Shown: positions 36,543 through 46,230 of the stretch, in pieces
How the letters are laid out: each line of letters begins with the position of its first letter
How positions within the stretch are numbered: position 1 is the stretch's first letter
IMG/VR virus record: IMGVR_UViG_3300005534_000002
Length of the DNA stretch: 64,000 nt
Strand: one strand, 5' to 3'
Origin: an uncultured virus (IMG/VR IMGVR_UViG_3300005534_000002)
Lineage: Duplodnaviria; Heunggongvirae; Uroviricota; Caudoviricetes
Program-made: the position numbers and the translations under genes
The notes under the pieces: model-generated
Told to the model about the DNA's origin: nothing
Databases searched by the model: none
What the model saw: only the letters and a program-made list of their open reading frames with translations

Positions 36543-36944
36543 TTACGAACGGATCGCGACGATCTGGTACGTCTCGGAGGCCGGTGTGAGCGAACCAGCG
36601 GTGTCGTTGACGTAGGTGATGGCGAGCGTGTTGGCTGCCGACACCCGGACGTTGACGATCCCAAGACCCGCCTGCGCGGTCGGCTTGTTGACGAACACCT
36701 TGTCGGCGGTCGTGAGTCCGTTGACGGTGAAGGTCTGCTCGGCGGTCGTGTTCGCCGCGACGGCGACCGGCGTGAGAGCGGCTGAGTACACCACGATCTG
36801 CGTCAGTGGCGTGCCCGAAGCGCCGACTTGCAGCGATCCGGTGAGCGAAAGCGGCGAGTCAAGAACGAGCGAGCCCTTGACTTCAAGAGAGCCACCGATC
36901 AGGGCGTTCCCCGGCTCGTACAGGTCTACGTGAGTGAGAGCCAT
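36543..36944 (-). CDS. putative head fibre / decoration protein
   Basis: 133 aa; AAGGAG RBS; VAANTTAEQTFTVNGL, RVSAANTLAI; followed by its own hairpin. Confidence 0.6.
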   Translation of the reverse strand: MALTHVDLYEPGNALIGGSLEVKGSLVLDSPLSLTGSLQVGASGTPLTQIVVYSAALTPVAVAANTTAEQTFTVNGLTTADKVFVNKPTAQAGLGIVNVRVSAANTLAITYVNDTAGSLTPASETYQIVAIRS

Positions 36945-36954
36945 TTCTGTCTCC

Positions 36955-38385
36955 TTAGTCGGTCCTACTGTGGCGGTTAACCCACTTGCTGCCCGACCCC
37001 GCGACCGCACCGGGCGCAACGAGCCGGAATCTCTTTTCTGCGTACATCACAGCATACCGCATGGCGTCGCAGCCGTGATTGTGCTCATCAAGCGGAAGCT
37101 CTTTCATCGACTGTCCCTGACGGCGCTTGTCTTCTGGAGGCCAGGCGTAAACATTTATCTCTTCCGCCAGACATGACGGCATTCCTCGATCTGTGAGCGC
37201 AGTCTCTTTATTGACAAGCGCGTCGCGCATGATGAACAAGCGAGGCTTGCCGGTGCGCTCGTCTACGCGCAGCCGCTTCTGTACCGCTTCGATGCCGGGG
37301 ATGATGGCCTTGCGGGCTTTGACGGTGTAGATGCCCTCGTTCTGGAGCGTGGCGCGATCCTCCGAGTCGTGGTCAGCGACCGTGGCCTCGAAGTACGCCT
37401 TGCCTGAGAGCCGTTTGATGTTCCGGGCGTGGTCCGACACGATCATTTGTGTGCGATACCACTCGCGATACAGGTACATCGCGCCGTCGTTGTCGAACGC
37501 CCACCACTGACAGGTGAAGGGATTGACGAAGCCGAAGTCGATGGAGCGGACACGCCGCCAACCGTCCGGTATCTTGAACGAGTCGATGATGTGAATGTCG
37601 GCGCTAAACTCCTCGTACACGATCCCTTCGGCAGCGACCCAGCGGCCCTCGTAGAGTCTGGCACGTCTGACGCCGGTAAGACTCATCAGCTTGCGCATGT
37701 ACTTCTCGCCTTGAGGCGTAAGCTGACTCTGGCGATCGTAGAGCTTCGGGTTGTCCACGTGAAGGGACACGAGCATCGTCAGCCCGCCGTTCTGATGCCG
37801 GCGCAGAATCCAGTGCCACGGTTCTTGCGGGTTTACGTCGCCCACGATCTGCTGAAACGGCATGACGTCGTGGCGCAAGCGAGTCGTCAGGGTTTCCCAA
37901 TCGCTCTCTTTGACCTCGTTGGCCTCCTGGACGTAGATGATGTCGTAGTCAGTGGAAAGTACTTTGCTGATGACATCCAGACCGCCGACGATCAAGCTAG
38001 AGCCGTTGGGGTACACAAACCTTGCCGGCTCGGACTTGCTGCCACCATAGAAAAAGACACCGTCGAGACGGTGGAGCACGTGGTCCCTATACGTCACAAG
38101 GCCAGACTCGGTGAGGCTGACCAGGGTCTTGCGGGCGATCAGGGCGCGAGTCCCAGGGAACCTGGAGAGCAGGAAGTGAAAGTACTCTAGGATGCCGCGT
38201 GACTTGCCGGTGCCAGCGGGTCCTGAGAGCATGACCTCGTCGTCGCGGCAGCTAAACAGCTTCGAGACAGCCCCTCGCGCCTCGAACTCGACTAACTCGC
38301 CGTCCTTGCCCACGAGTCCGTCTGGACCCATGAGCAGCTTGGCGTCAGCGTATTCGCTTTCAGAGAGTTGTCGAGTCTCGGCCAT
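36955..38385 (-). CDS. terL: terminase large subunit
   Basis: Walker A GPAGTGKS, Walker B IYVQEA, DVNP, nuclease motifs SIDFGF and HGCDAMRY. Confidence 0.95.
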   Translation of the reverse strand: MAETRQLSESEYADAKLLMGPDGLVGKDGELVEFEARGAVSKLFSCRDDEVMLSGPAGTGKSRGILEYFHFLLSRFPGTRALIARKTLVSLTESGLVTYRDHVLHRLDGVFFYGGSKSEPARFVYPNGSSLIVGGLDVISKVLSTDYDIIYVQEANEVKESDWETLTTRLRHDVMPFQQIVGDVNPQEPWHWILRRHQNGGLTMLVSLHVDNPKLYDRQSQLTPQGEKYMRKLMSLTGVRRARLYEGRWVAAEGIVYEEFSADIHIIDSFKIPDGWRRVRSIDFGFVNPFTCQWWAFDNDGAMYLYREWYRTQMIVSDHARNIKRLSGKAYFEATVADHDSEDRATLQNEGIYTVKARKAIIPGIEAVQKRLRVDERTGKPRLFIMRDALVNKETALTDRGMPSCLAEEINVYAWPPEDKRRQGQSMKELPLDEHNHGCDAMRYAVMYAEKRFRLVAPGAVAGSGSKWVNRHSRTD

Positions 38386-38488
38386 GACCGCTCCTTTTGC
38401 GGCCACGCAGGGCATGAACCAGCATGAACAAGTCTATGGCGAACTGGATCGCCTGGAGCACCGAGAAGCCGATGACGAACGGCATCAT
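38360..38488 (-). CDS. small single-TM protein (not in ORF track)
   Basis: MMPFVIGFSVLQAIQFAIDLFMLVHALRGRK..., ATGA-coupled to upstream gene. Confidence 0.45.
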   Translation of the reverse strand: MMPFVIGFSVLQAIQFAIDLFMLVHALRGRKRSGHGRDSTTL

Positions 38489-38754
38489 AGCGGGAACATT
38501 GCCTCCGGAGCGTGGATGTTGAGAGGAATGCCGTACATGGTTGGCAGGTATCCGTCCATCTGAGACGTGCTGGTGGACCAGAGCGTTTTGTTAGACGAGA
38601 CACCTTCGGTTGTCATGGCGTTCTCGATGAGAGACTTCAGTACCGCGTGCCAGTCGATAGTCTCGCGCTCGTGCTCGGCTTCGCTCAAGTCAATGTGTCG
38701 AGCATAGACCTTTCCTGGATACGTCCTGGCCGTGACCTCAAGTCGGTAGTACAT
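38485..38754 (-). CDS. hypothetical protein
   Basis: GGGGAG RBS, start coupled to upstream stop. Confidence 0.6.
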   Translation of the reverse strand: MYYRLEVTARTYPGKVYARHIDLSEAEHERETIDWHAVLKSLIENAMTTEGVSSNKTLWSTSTSQMDGYLPTMYGIPLNIHAPEAMFPL

Positions 38755-38945
38755 CACTCCCCCTTCAGATCGGCGGTTCGGTGACACGTCGGGCACCAGT
38801 ACTTGTTGTGCCGGCGCTGACGTCGATCCGCGCAGTGCTCGCAGAGTCCGTGGTTGCCGGTGCGGCCCTTGGGTCCGCGAGACGTGGCGCGACGCGGGCG
38901 CGGTTCAGCTTGCTTGGAGAAGGCGGTTCCCTTGGGCTTAGCCAT
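38754..38945 (-). CDS. basic zinc-finger protein
   Basis: CEHC...CPTC. Confidence 0.55.
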   Translation of the reverse strand: MAKPKGTAFSKQAEPRPRRATSRGPKGRTGNHGLCEHCADRRQRRHNKYWCPTCHRTADLKGE

Positions 38946-39102
38946 TGGCTCGTCCTTTGTTGGCGAAGTACTCGGAGATATCGCGTCCCCAGCGCATCGA
39001 GAGGGTGTCCACGACGGAGCAGATGAGCGAGAAGCGATGGTGTGACTTCCAGTCCACGAACCAGGCGAAGCGAAGTATTTGCTGCTTGACGTAGTTAGCC
39101 AC
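38938..39102 (-). CDS. hypothetical protein, paralog of 39095-39259
   Basis: GGGAG RBS, GTG start; LRFAWFVD..HRF...C.....L..RWG. Confidence 0.55.
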   Translation of the reverse strand: MANYVKQQILRFAWFVDWKSHHRFSLICSVVDTLSMRWGRDISEYFANKGRANG

Positions 39103-39259
39103 GGTAGCTCCCTTTCGTGCGGGTCCAGTCGATGTACAGTTCGTCGCCCCATCGCTCCTCAAGGTCGTTGAGGGCGTTGCAGAGCCACTCGAACTTATGG
39201 TCAACGGTTTCGTCCATGAATAGGACGAAGCGCAGGACAAGACTTTTAGCTAGAAGCAT
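39095..39259 (-). CDS. hypothetical protein, paralog of 38938-39102 (not in ORF track)
   Basis: GGGAG RBS; MLLAKSLVLRFVLFMDETVDHKFEWLCNALNDLEERWG... Confidence 0.55.
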   Translation of the reverse strand: MLLAKSLVLRFVLFMDETVDHKFEWLCNALNDLEERWGDELYIDWTRTKGSYRG

Positions 39260-39765
39260 GTCGTATCTCCCTTATCGCACTGCCCGCCACATTGGCAGGA
39301 ACAGTTGCGAGGTTTTTGTGTCGTTTCGCTCGCTGGGTCGATCTCCCAGAGGTGGTCCTTGACCGGATCAAGCTCTTCAGGGACCTCGAAGGTGTTAGGC
39401 GGCTTGTCGCTCGGAGGCCAGATGTAGCCACCGTACTTGAGCCGGTCGATGTGCTCGGCGGGCACGGATGAGGGCTTCGTGGCGGGGTCCGGGTCGCCGT
39501 ACACCTGGACATTCAGCACTTGTCTCGCGGCTTCGCGGTCGATATCCGACGTGCAGTAACGCTGCAAGAACGCCTTGTGAGCCTCGATCTCGGACAGTGG
39601 CGTGGTGACCTTCGCTGGGGGCCACTCCTCCTCCAACCAGGGATCGAGCGCAAAGCGGAGCGCGACGTCGTCCAGGAAGTAGGCGTAGGTGTACGTGAAG
39701 TCGAGCATGTGGTGGTACGGCCACCGGAGCGCCTTGTAGATCGCGAGCTTCAGTCCGTACTTCAT
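39250..39765 (-). CDS. hypothetical protein
   Basis: 171 aa, GGAGG RBS, ATGA overlap. Confidence 0.65.
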   Translation of the reverse strand: MKYGLKLAIYKALRWPYHHMLDFTYTYAYFLDDVALRFALDPWLEEEWPPAKVTTPLSEIEAHKAFLQRYCTSDIDREAARQVLNVQVYGDPDPATKPSSVPAEHIDRLKYGGYIWPPSDKPPNTFEVPEELDPVKDHLWEIDPASETTQKPRNCSCQCGGQCDKGDTTCF

Positions 39766-40700
39766 GATCCGTGATCCTCCAGTTGCTTGGTCGGGTTGTC
39801 CACCATGTCGGGCATGTCCACGCCGATGTAGACGCGGGTGATCTTGGACTGCATCCCCTGTTCGGCCTCGACCGCCGCCGCGACTTCGGCGCGCTTCTTA
39901 GAGCCGTCGAGCACGGCAAGCTCGGCCTCGATCGAGACGCACGTCTTCAGAAACTGGGCCGCTGCCGTCGCGCCCTTGTCCTGGGCACGGTAGTGCTCGT
40001 ACGCCTCCCACGCCTCCGCTTTCATGCGATTGAGACTGGCTATATGGGTCGCTCGGTTCTTCGCGGACGACGAATCGTAGTCCGCTTCCCACTCGCGGTA
40101 GATCGCCTCTTTGTCGAGCCGGATAGTTTCCGGCGACACCGGCTGGAGTCCTTGTTCTACAAGAAACTCGTTCACCTTGTCACGGACCTGGGATAGACCC
40201 CAGCCCTTGTTCCAGTACTGCATCGCATACGCTCGGCGTCGCTGGATGATCGGATCATCGACAGCGGGCAGGTTGCGGACGGGTTGCCCGAGAGCATTCG
40301 TCTTGTTGCGGCGGGGCCGGCGGTTGCCCTTGCGCTTCACAGGAATCTGCTTCCCGGAAGCGGCAAGGGCCTCCGCTTCAAGTTGAGTAGCGTCCTGGTA
40401 GCCCGCTACTTCTTTGGGCTCCAGAAGTCCCTCAACGGCAATGCCGGCGTAAACGATCTTTCTCCGAGGCTGAGCACTTGACGGAGCGTCCAGGACTTCG
40501 CCCTCTAAAACCTTCGAGTTTTCTTCGACGCCCGGAGAAATTGTTGTGGGCGTCTGCTCGTCAAGGATGTTGACGTACGGCCCGACTCCGTGCTCTGCCA
40601 TCTCCTGATGGATGAATCCGACTGCCTGATCCGCCAGCGAGTCGGGAGCGTCGTCTAAATTCTCGTCGGTCGTCAGGACCGTCCCGGATATTTGCTCCAT
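39762..40700 (-). CDS. putative terminase small subunit / HTH protein
   Basis: First gene of late operon; RRAYAMQY..GWGLSQV..VSPETIRLD HTH-like; C-terminal RVYIGVD. Confidence 0.55.
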   Translation of the reverse strand: MEQISGTVLTTDENLDDAPDSLADQAVGFIHQEMAEHGVGPYVNILDEQTPTTISPGVEENSKVLEGEVLDAPSSAQPRRKIVYAGIAVEGLLEPKEVAGYQDATQLEAEALAASGKQIPVKRKGNRRPRRNKTNALGQPVRNLPAVDDPIIQRRRAYAMQYWNKGWGLSQVRDKVNEFLVEQGLQPVSPETIRLDKEAIYREWEADYDSSSAKNRATHIASLNRMKAEAWEAYEHYRAQDKGATAAAQFLKTCVSIEAELAVLDGSKKRAEVAAAVEAEQGMQSKITRVYIGVDMPDMVDNPTKQLEDHGS

Positions 40701-41058
40701 GTCCGCATCGTATCAATTGGGACCGACGAAGAGCAAATCCGCTTCTTCGAGAGCCTACTGGACATAAGTGAGCCCTCCACCCGTTTCAAGACTGTCAAAC
40801 CTCTGCTCTCTGTCCGCCCGAAGCGATGATGTGCTGGTGAAGAACTGGCGCGCCGGCGAGGTCCGTCGTCTCTGTGTAGGTTGGAGGGCTCTAAGGTCTA
40901 ACGTAGGAGCATTACTTTAGTTGTATAAGACCTTCTAAGTAACTATACATACTAACGGAGGGAGGGGTATCTCTTTTTGGAAAGTCTGAAAACCTTTTTC
41001 TCTGGGACCATGTCGTACGCTATTAGCTCGTCTCGTCAGCGTTGTCGTTAAGAGCACC

Positions 41059-41105
41059 TTTGTCGTACGACATCAGGCCGAAGGGGGTAGTTTGTCGTAC
41101 GACAT
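41059..41105. repeat. two copies of palindromic TTTGTCGTACGACAT (operator-like)
   Basis: Copies at 41059-41073 and 41091-41105; partial copies at 41011 and 41043. Confidence 0.75.
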
Positions 41106-41610
41106 GACAGAATGGGGAGCGGGCGTATAGGCAAAAGGTTTCAAATTTGGAAAACTGGCGTGTCGGTTGCCCCAGCTTCCAGAGCGGGGCACCCCTCGCC
41201 GCGAGCGGAAAGAGTGGCCCGCTCTCATAGCAATTGCGCTAACCATCCTTGCCATACCACGAGGTTGTACGCTGATCGAACAAACAAGTGCAAATAATAG
41301 CTATTCTGTCAAGTAGATAACGCCGTCCCGGCTGACTCTAGCAATGCCTTACTTGCTATAGTGCCGCTCTGTGTACGATATCCGTACACTATCTGTGCTC
41401 TCTGTACCCTGCTAGCACACCTGCGAACTATGGCACGCAGAGACCTATGAGCGGATGTATCCCCATGCGGGACCCTGCGAGACAGCGGCCATACACTTCT
41501 CTCTCGTTATCCATCGTCATCCATCCATCCGCTCTGCCCTGACTGCATCCATCGGCCTACCCTCACGCCATACCATCCGCTCTGCTACCAGAGCACGGCC
41601 ATAGACAGGT

Positions 41611-41651
41611 TGTAGCTACCTCGTGAGGTAGTCAGTCACGAGGTAGCTACA
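41611..41651. repeat. perfect 16-bp inverted repeat with 9-nt spacer
   Basis: TGTAGCTACCTCGTGA / TCACGAGGTAGCTACA. Confidence 0.8.
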
Positions 41652-41885
41652 CGGGTGATCTAGGCACACTTTCGGACGTTCTAGAGGCAGTCTCTGGACG
41701 TATCGCTCACAGCCGCCAGGGCACTACTTGACAGGGCACGCAAACTGCGGAAATACCGCGCGGTATGTCACATGCGGTATATATTCGGCTGTTTTGGCGT
41801 CCTAATTTTCACGTGACTTTGGTCCCCTCAGTTTTGGCTTGAATACGCCAAATAATCGAGGTAATAGAGTTTTGACATCTATCTC

Positions 41886-41914
41886 TTGACTACTTGACTT
41901 GTTGACAATATACG
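41886..41914 (+). promoter_or_regulatory. putative early sigma70-type promoter
   Basis: TTGACT-17 nt-TATACG in an AT-rich patch containing four TTGAC. Confidence 0.5.
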
Positions 41915-41980
41915 CCGTTCCATGGTTCAGTGTACGTGCGCGGGGACAAGTGTCCCCCATAGCCAAACTTGGAGGGCAAC

Positions 41981-42211
41981 ATGGAACGAACGACCGAGCA
42001 CCACTGGCACATTGCCGCAACTCGCGCCGACGAGCCGAACTACAGTGCAATCCTTGACCTACTCATCGCGCTTGAGACTGAGCCGACGGATGTCAGGTAC
42101 TGTCTCGTTGAGGCACTGCAAGCGGGAGACGTTCCTGCAAGCATTCTTGCCATTGTCCCGTCAGATGCTCAGTCGTTCGCATCGTTCTACCTGCGAGGTG
42201 ACAACCGCTAA
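41981..42211 (+). CDS. hypothetical protein
   Basis: GGAGG RBS; first gene of the plus block. Confidence 0.6.
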   Translation: MERTTEHHWHIAATRADEPNYSAILDLLIALETEPTDVRYCLVEALQAGDVPASILAIVPSDAQSFASFYLRGDNR

Positions 42212-42272
42212 CCATCGGCCTAGCACGCCATACCGTCAATCCGCACTTTGACCACAGTTAGGAGCACAAAAC

Positions 42273-43580
42273 GTGAAGAGCCAGACACCTAAAACACCGT
42301 GCCTGTATTGCAGGCAAGGTGAAGTCAACACAGCAGGCGCGTGCTCGTCATGCATCGCCACGTACACGGCAGGCACACCGCTAACCTGTTTCGATGGGAC
42401 CGTCATCAGTAAGGACGGTACACACGAGACAGCAAGCGCATATGTCGCACGCGTGTACCCTGACGGCCCGGAATCCGACCCTGTCACACAACCAACCAAG
42501 GAGCGCAACATGGCCCGTAAGAACGCATCGCCCAAAGTCAACGCGGAAGACATCAAGTCAGTGGTAGCAGACAAGCCTGCGAGTAGCGCGCCTGCAAACG
42601 CGCCCAAGCGTGAGCGTAAGGCCAAAACTCCCGCCACGACGGCCAAAGGCAAAACGATTGCCGCAAGCGCGCCGGCAGGCCAGCACGGTACACCGCCAGC
42701 ACCGAGCAAACGCGCTGTAAAACAGCGTGCGCCCAAGCCGTCACCCGATGGCTCCGGTACCTCGCAGAACCTAGACACGGTCGCCGTTGACGAGATGTTT
42801 CCAGAACCGCCCAAGCGTGCGCGTCGGGTCTTCAGTGGGACCATTGACGGTCCTACCATGCTCGCCCGCGTTGACAAGCTGGCGCGTATGGTCGAGCAGC
42901 TTCAGGGCGCAATCGAGGTAGTGACCAAGCTTCCCGAGCCTGATCCCGTCGTGGCCCTGCCTGCCGTCCCGTCGTGGGACGATGCCATCGCTGCGTTGTC
43001 CGGTCATGCCGCAACTGTTACCGGCATGGATGCTCTTGCGCTTGGTATGGCCGTCCAATGGCTCACGGACAACCGACCCGACGATGGCACGCCAGTTACG
43101 CCGCGCGTGTCCGATACCTCACCTGTTACGCCGCGCGGCAGGCGATCCCCTACGGCCACGACTCCAAAGGCTCCAAAGGCCAAAAACAACGCAGCAAAGG
43201 GCACCACAGCGAGCGCGTCCAATGGCCGTACGCCGCGTGCTGATACCCTTGCGGACTTTGCGCGCGTGACTGGCGTCGAATTGCCGGCAGGCACGAGCAC
43301 GCGCAAGGTGCTTGAGGATTGGCGCGACATGCTGGCGGCTGTACGTGGCGCGACGCGCGGACCAAACGGCGTAGACCTGAAGAGCGCGACGCGCGGCATA
43401 CTGCCGGGCACGGCGGATGTCCCCAAGTCCCTACAGGCGGAGAAGTCCCAAGGCGGTATCTCGCTCGCGGCCATGGCACGCGCCCTGCACTACAAATCAG
43501 GTGATGCCCTGCTGACTGACATCAACGCGCGAGACACGTACCATCGCGCCGTGCGAGCCTATTGGAACCGCGACAAATAA
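42273..43580 (+). CDS. Ala/Lys/Pro-rich protein, possible DNA-binding; second in-frame start at 42510
   Basis: AGGAG before GTG 42273 and AAGGAG before ATG 42510; histone-like low-complexity tracts. Confidence 0.7.
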   Translation: MKSQTPKTPCLYCRQGEVNTAGACSSCIATYTAGTPLTCFDGTVISKDGTHETASAYVARVYPDGPESDPVTQPTKERNMARKNASPKVNAEDIKSVVADKPASSAPANAPKRERKAKTPATTAKGKTIAASAPAGQHGTPPAPSKRAVKQRAPKPSPDGSGTSQNLDTVAVDEMFPEPPKRARRVFSGTIDGPTMLARVDKLARMVEQLQGAIEVVTKLPEPDPVVALPAVPSWDDAIAALSGHAATVTGMDALALGMAVQWLTDNRPDDGTPVTPRVSDTSPVTPRGRRSPTATTPKAPKAKNNAAKGTTASASNGRTPRADTLADFARVTGVELPAGTSTRKVLEDWRDMLAAVRGATRGPNGVDLKSATRGILPGTADVPKSLQAEKSQGGISLAAMARALHYKSGDALLTDINARDTYHRAVRAYWNRDK

Positions 43581-43602
43581 CCCGGTCCCGATAGCGCGTC
43601 AG

Positions 43603-43634
43603 AACGTGCCCCGGCAGTACTGCCGGGGCACGTT
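43603..43634 (+). terminator. perfect 32-bp palindrome, putative terminator
   Basis: AACGTGCCCCGGCAGTACTGCCGGGGCACGTT after stop at 43580. Confidence 0.65.
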
Positions 43635-43683
43635 TGCATGTCCCGATACCTCACGGCCATTACACGCCAGTCAGGAGCCACAA

Positions 43684-43935
43684 ATGAACAAGTACAGCTA
43701 TCCTGAGTACTTCCCTGAGTCGCTACGCCGCGCACTCGCGGCAGGGTACTACGTCATAGACGCGCCAGACGCGCCAGACTGCCATGCTGGCGTGCCTCAA
43801 GCTTGCCCTGTACCTAGTCCGGTACAGCGTGCCCTGCGTGACCTGAGCGCGTCGCAAACGCGCGTCCAATACGCCGCGTACGCCGTGCGCGTGAAGCTGC
43901 TACAGCTTGCCCGTTCTCACGAGGTACAACCATGA
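43684..43935 (+). CDS. hypothetical protein
   Basis: AGGAG RBS. Confidence 0.55.
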   Translation: MNKYSYPEYFPESLRRALAAGYYVIDAPDAPDCHAGVPQACPVPSPVQRALRDLSASQTRVQYAAYAVRVKLLQLARSHEVQP

Positions 43936-44162
43936 GACTCCGAGTACCACGCCATAGCTACAGAGCCAGTCAAGCCGGCAGGCGATACCGTGCCCGACTA
44001 TCCGCCGGCCTACAGCTTGCCATCGCCTGCTATCCCGATCCCTGTCTTGACGTTTACGCGGATGGCAGTATCGCGACACCGCGCTCATCCATCGCGGGTG
44101 AGCGCCATTCTCGGAGCGCCCGTACAGAAACGGGACGCTCGCACAGAAACACAAGGAGCTAG
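43932..44162 (+). CDS. basic hypothetical protein
   Basis: GAGGT RBS, ATGA overlap. Confidence 0.5.
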   Translation: MRLRVPRHSYRASQAGRRYRARLSAGLQLAIACYPDPCLDVYADGSIATPRSSIAGERHSRSARTETGRSHRNTRS

Positions 44163-44165
44163 AAA

Positions 44166-44426
44166 ATGGAATCTCAGCACAGAAACGGGAGCAGGAAACA
44201 CTACCACGCCATGAGCGGAACGCCGGGGTGCATCCCTGACTACAACGCTCACTGCGAGACTATGGACATCGCCGTGAGCAGTCTCACTGACTTGTTCGAG
44301 CTTTCCGACGACGAGCAGAGCGAACTGGAAGATCGCCGCTTCATCTGGCTCAATCCCGACCGGGGAGCGAGCTACGCAGAGGTCGCGTGCTGCACTGACA
44401 CCTGCGATCCGTTCCAGTTCGACTAG
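44166..44426 (+). CDS. acidic hypothetical protein
   Basis: AAGGAG RBS; HAMSGTPGCIPD motif. Confidence 0.65.
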   Translation: MESQHRNGSRKHYHAMSGTPGCIPDYNAHCETMDIAVSSLTDLFELSDDEQSELEDRRFIWLNPDRGASYAEVACCTDTCDPFQFD

Positions 44427-44436
44427 GAGCAGAACC

Positions 44437-45051
44437 ATGAACGCTACAACGGTTCTAGGCTACACGGCAGATGCCGACGTGTGGTGCTCACCATGCGCCA
44501 CTGCTCTCTACGGCGATCCCGATACCGCTCTCGACGGTGAAGGTAATCCCGTTTACCCGATCTTCACCTGCTCAGAGTTCGACTACGAGCCGCACTGCCG
44601 CGCGTGCGGTGCGCTCATTGATTGCGTCGTCATCCATTCGGAAAAGGAGCACAGAAACATGGATACCACACGACAACCGACCTGCGAGGAGCGAATCGAC
44701 GGCTACCTCCGCTCACGGACTCAGGAGGTCAAGGACGCTCTTGAGGGGCGCGGCGAAACCGACTTTTGGGAGTACGGGCTCGGATTCGATTACGTTGCTC
44801 CCGGAACCTTCAACGATCAACCGCGCGGATACTTCCGGTATCAGCTCTCATGGGGAGGGCCGAGCGAGGAAGTCCGGTACTACGTTGATGAGCAATTCAA
44901 GCCGTACCGGGTGGAATTTTGGTTTCTCGATTGGTTCGACGGAGCGCACCGGGACCTTCAGAGCGATTACGGCATCTGGCTCGACGTGTTCCATGCGTAC
45001 CAGGACAGCGGCACGGTAGCGCGCGAGTTCACAAAGAGCGCTTGGGACTGA
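44437..45051 (+). CDS. hypothetical protein, apparent fusion of a Zn-binding unit and a second unit starting at 44659
   Basis: CSPC..CRAC N-terminal half; internal AAGGAGCACAGAAACATG; QLSWGGPSEE..FLDWFDGA. Confidence 0.7.
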   Translation: MNATTVLGYTADADVWCSPCATALYGDPDTALDGEGNPVYPIFTCSEFDYEPHCRACGALIDCVVIHSEKEHRNMDTTRQPTCEERIDGYLRSRTQEVKDALEGRGETDFWEYGLGFDYVAPGTFNDQPRGYFRYQLSWGGPSEEVRYYVDEQFKPYRVEFWFLDWFDGAHRDLQSDYGIWLDVFHAYQDSGTVAREFTKSAWD

Positions 45052-45054
45052 GCC

Positions 45055-45627
45055 ATGAAGTTTCACGTCATCTATTCCATCGACATCCCACGCGACGAGC
45101 GGATCAAGCGATACCATCCGCCAAACCTTTCGGCGTGGACGCTCATGGCCGGCGACGACGGCTATGAGTACAGCTATCTTGAGGGGCGCTGGGAGCACGG
45201 CAAGCATCGAACGTACGTCCGCGACGACATGGACGAGCGTGAGCTAACGCGCTTCCTGGACGAATGCTCACTCTACTCGCAGTCAACGCCGACCCTGGGC
45301 GCTCTCGTGGAGGGTGAGCTACGCCCTGCCGTGGCGTTTACGAGCGATGGCGAAACTTCAGACGGCGACGTGTTCATCCAGAGCGCATACATCACGCCCG
45401 AGCCTGAGCAGGGTGACGACCTGGACGGGCCAGCCGCGATGGAGTGGCTCGTAGAGCGTTTCGCTCCAGGGTGGTGCATCATCCCCTGCGAGCGATGTCG
45501 CAAGCTCATCACCGTTGAGGAGCGCGCGGGACAAGCTCGCTACAAAGGGCGCGCTTACTGGCGTTCAATCGTGTGCGCTGACTGCTACAGCCGAGCGCGC
45601 GTTCACAAAGTCCCGTACGGGGGCTAG
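45055..45627 (+). CDS. hypothetical protein with C-terminal zinc finger
   Basis: 190 aa; CERC..CADC. Confidence 0.65.
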   Translation: MKFHVIYSIDIPRDERIKRYHPPNLSAWTLMAGDDGYEYSYLEGRWEHGKHRTYVRDDMDERELTRFLDECSLYSQSTPTLGALVEGELRPAVAFTSDGETSDGDVFIQSAYITPEPEQGDDLDGPAAMEWLVERFAPGWCIIPCERCRKLITVEERAGQARYKGRAYWRSIVCADCYSRARVHKVPYGG

Positions 45628-45637
45628 GAGCAGAAAC

Positions 45638-45892
45638 ATGGAATCGAACAGCACAGTCATCGCGCAACACCTGATCGTTACCAAGCGCGAGCTACGCGAT
45701 GCCATCAAACACGTAGACAGCGCCATGACCGCTCTCAGCGACGCGAGCACGATCGCGTGGGAGTCTCGGCGTTTCGATGTGGCCACATACGCCGCGACCC
45801 GAGAACTGTTAGCGCGAGCGTCTGTCAGTCGGATCGCCCTGAGCGACGCGCTGAAGCGCACAACCGACTGGCTTGACACCTATCCGTCATAA
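45638..45892 (+). CDS. hypothetical helical protein
   Basis: AGGAGCAGAAACATG start motif. Confidence 0.65.
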   Translation: MESNSTVIAQHLIVTKRELRDAIKHVDSAMTALSDASTIAWESRRFDVATYAATRELLARASVSRIALSDALKRTTDWLDTYPS

Positions 45893-45903
45893 GGAGCAGA
45901 ACC

Positions 45904-46230
45904 ATGCCACAGTTTCACGTAACCAGCGGGAAGCAGTTTCCCGATGACACCGCTCGCCGCATCCCTGAGCGCGGCCATCCCATCGAGATCGGTTTCTGGA
46001 TCGAATACTACAAACTCCAGCCAGAGCGCGTCAGGCGATACGCCTTGGAGCACGTCTATCAGATCGCTCTCGTGCGTGGTCAAAGCTTTGGCTTTCGGCT
46101 TGAGCGATGGGACACCGATCACGTCATGACCGACGAAGGATACACGACACCCGGCGCTGCTCTTCAGGCGGCGTGGGATCAGGTCGCCCGATGGGAGCAA
46201 CACGACCGGGAGATGGGAGCAGAATCATGA
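45904..46230 (+). CDS. hypothetical protein
   Basis: AAGGAGCAGAACCATG start motif. Confidence 0.65.
   Translation: MPQFHVTSGKQFPDDTARRIPERGHPIEIGFWIEYYKLQPERVRRYALEHVYQIALVRGQSFGFRLERWDTDHVMTDEGYTTPGAALQAAWDQVARWEQHDREMGAES

Noticed and set aside
41110..41210. Possible tRNA-Sec (TTCAAA loop-like sequence)
   Set aside because: No anticodon stem, T-arm or acceptor stem can be formed; no tRNA recognised elsewhere in the window
40701..41980. CRISPR mini-array
   Set aside because: Repeats are 13-15 bp with only two full copies each; too short and too few
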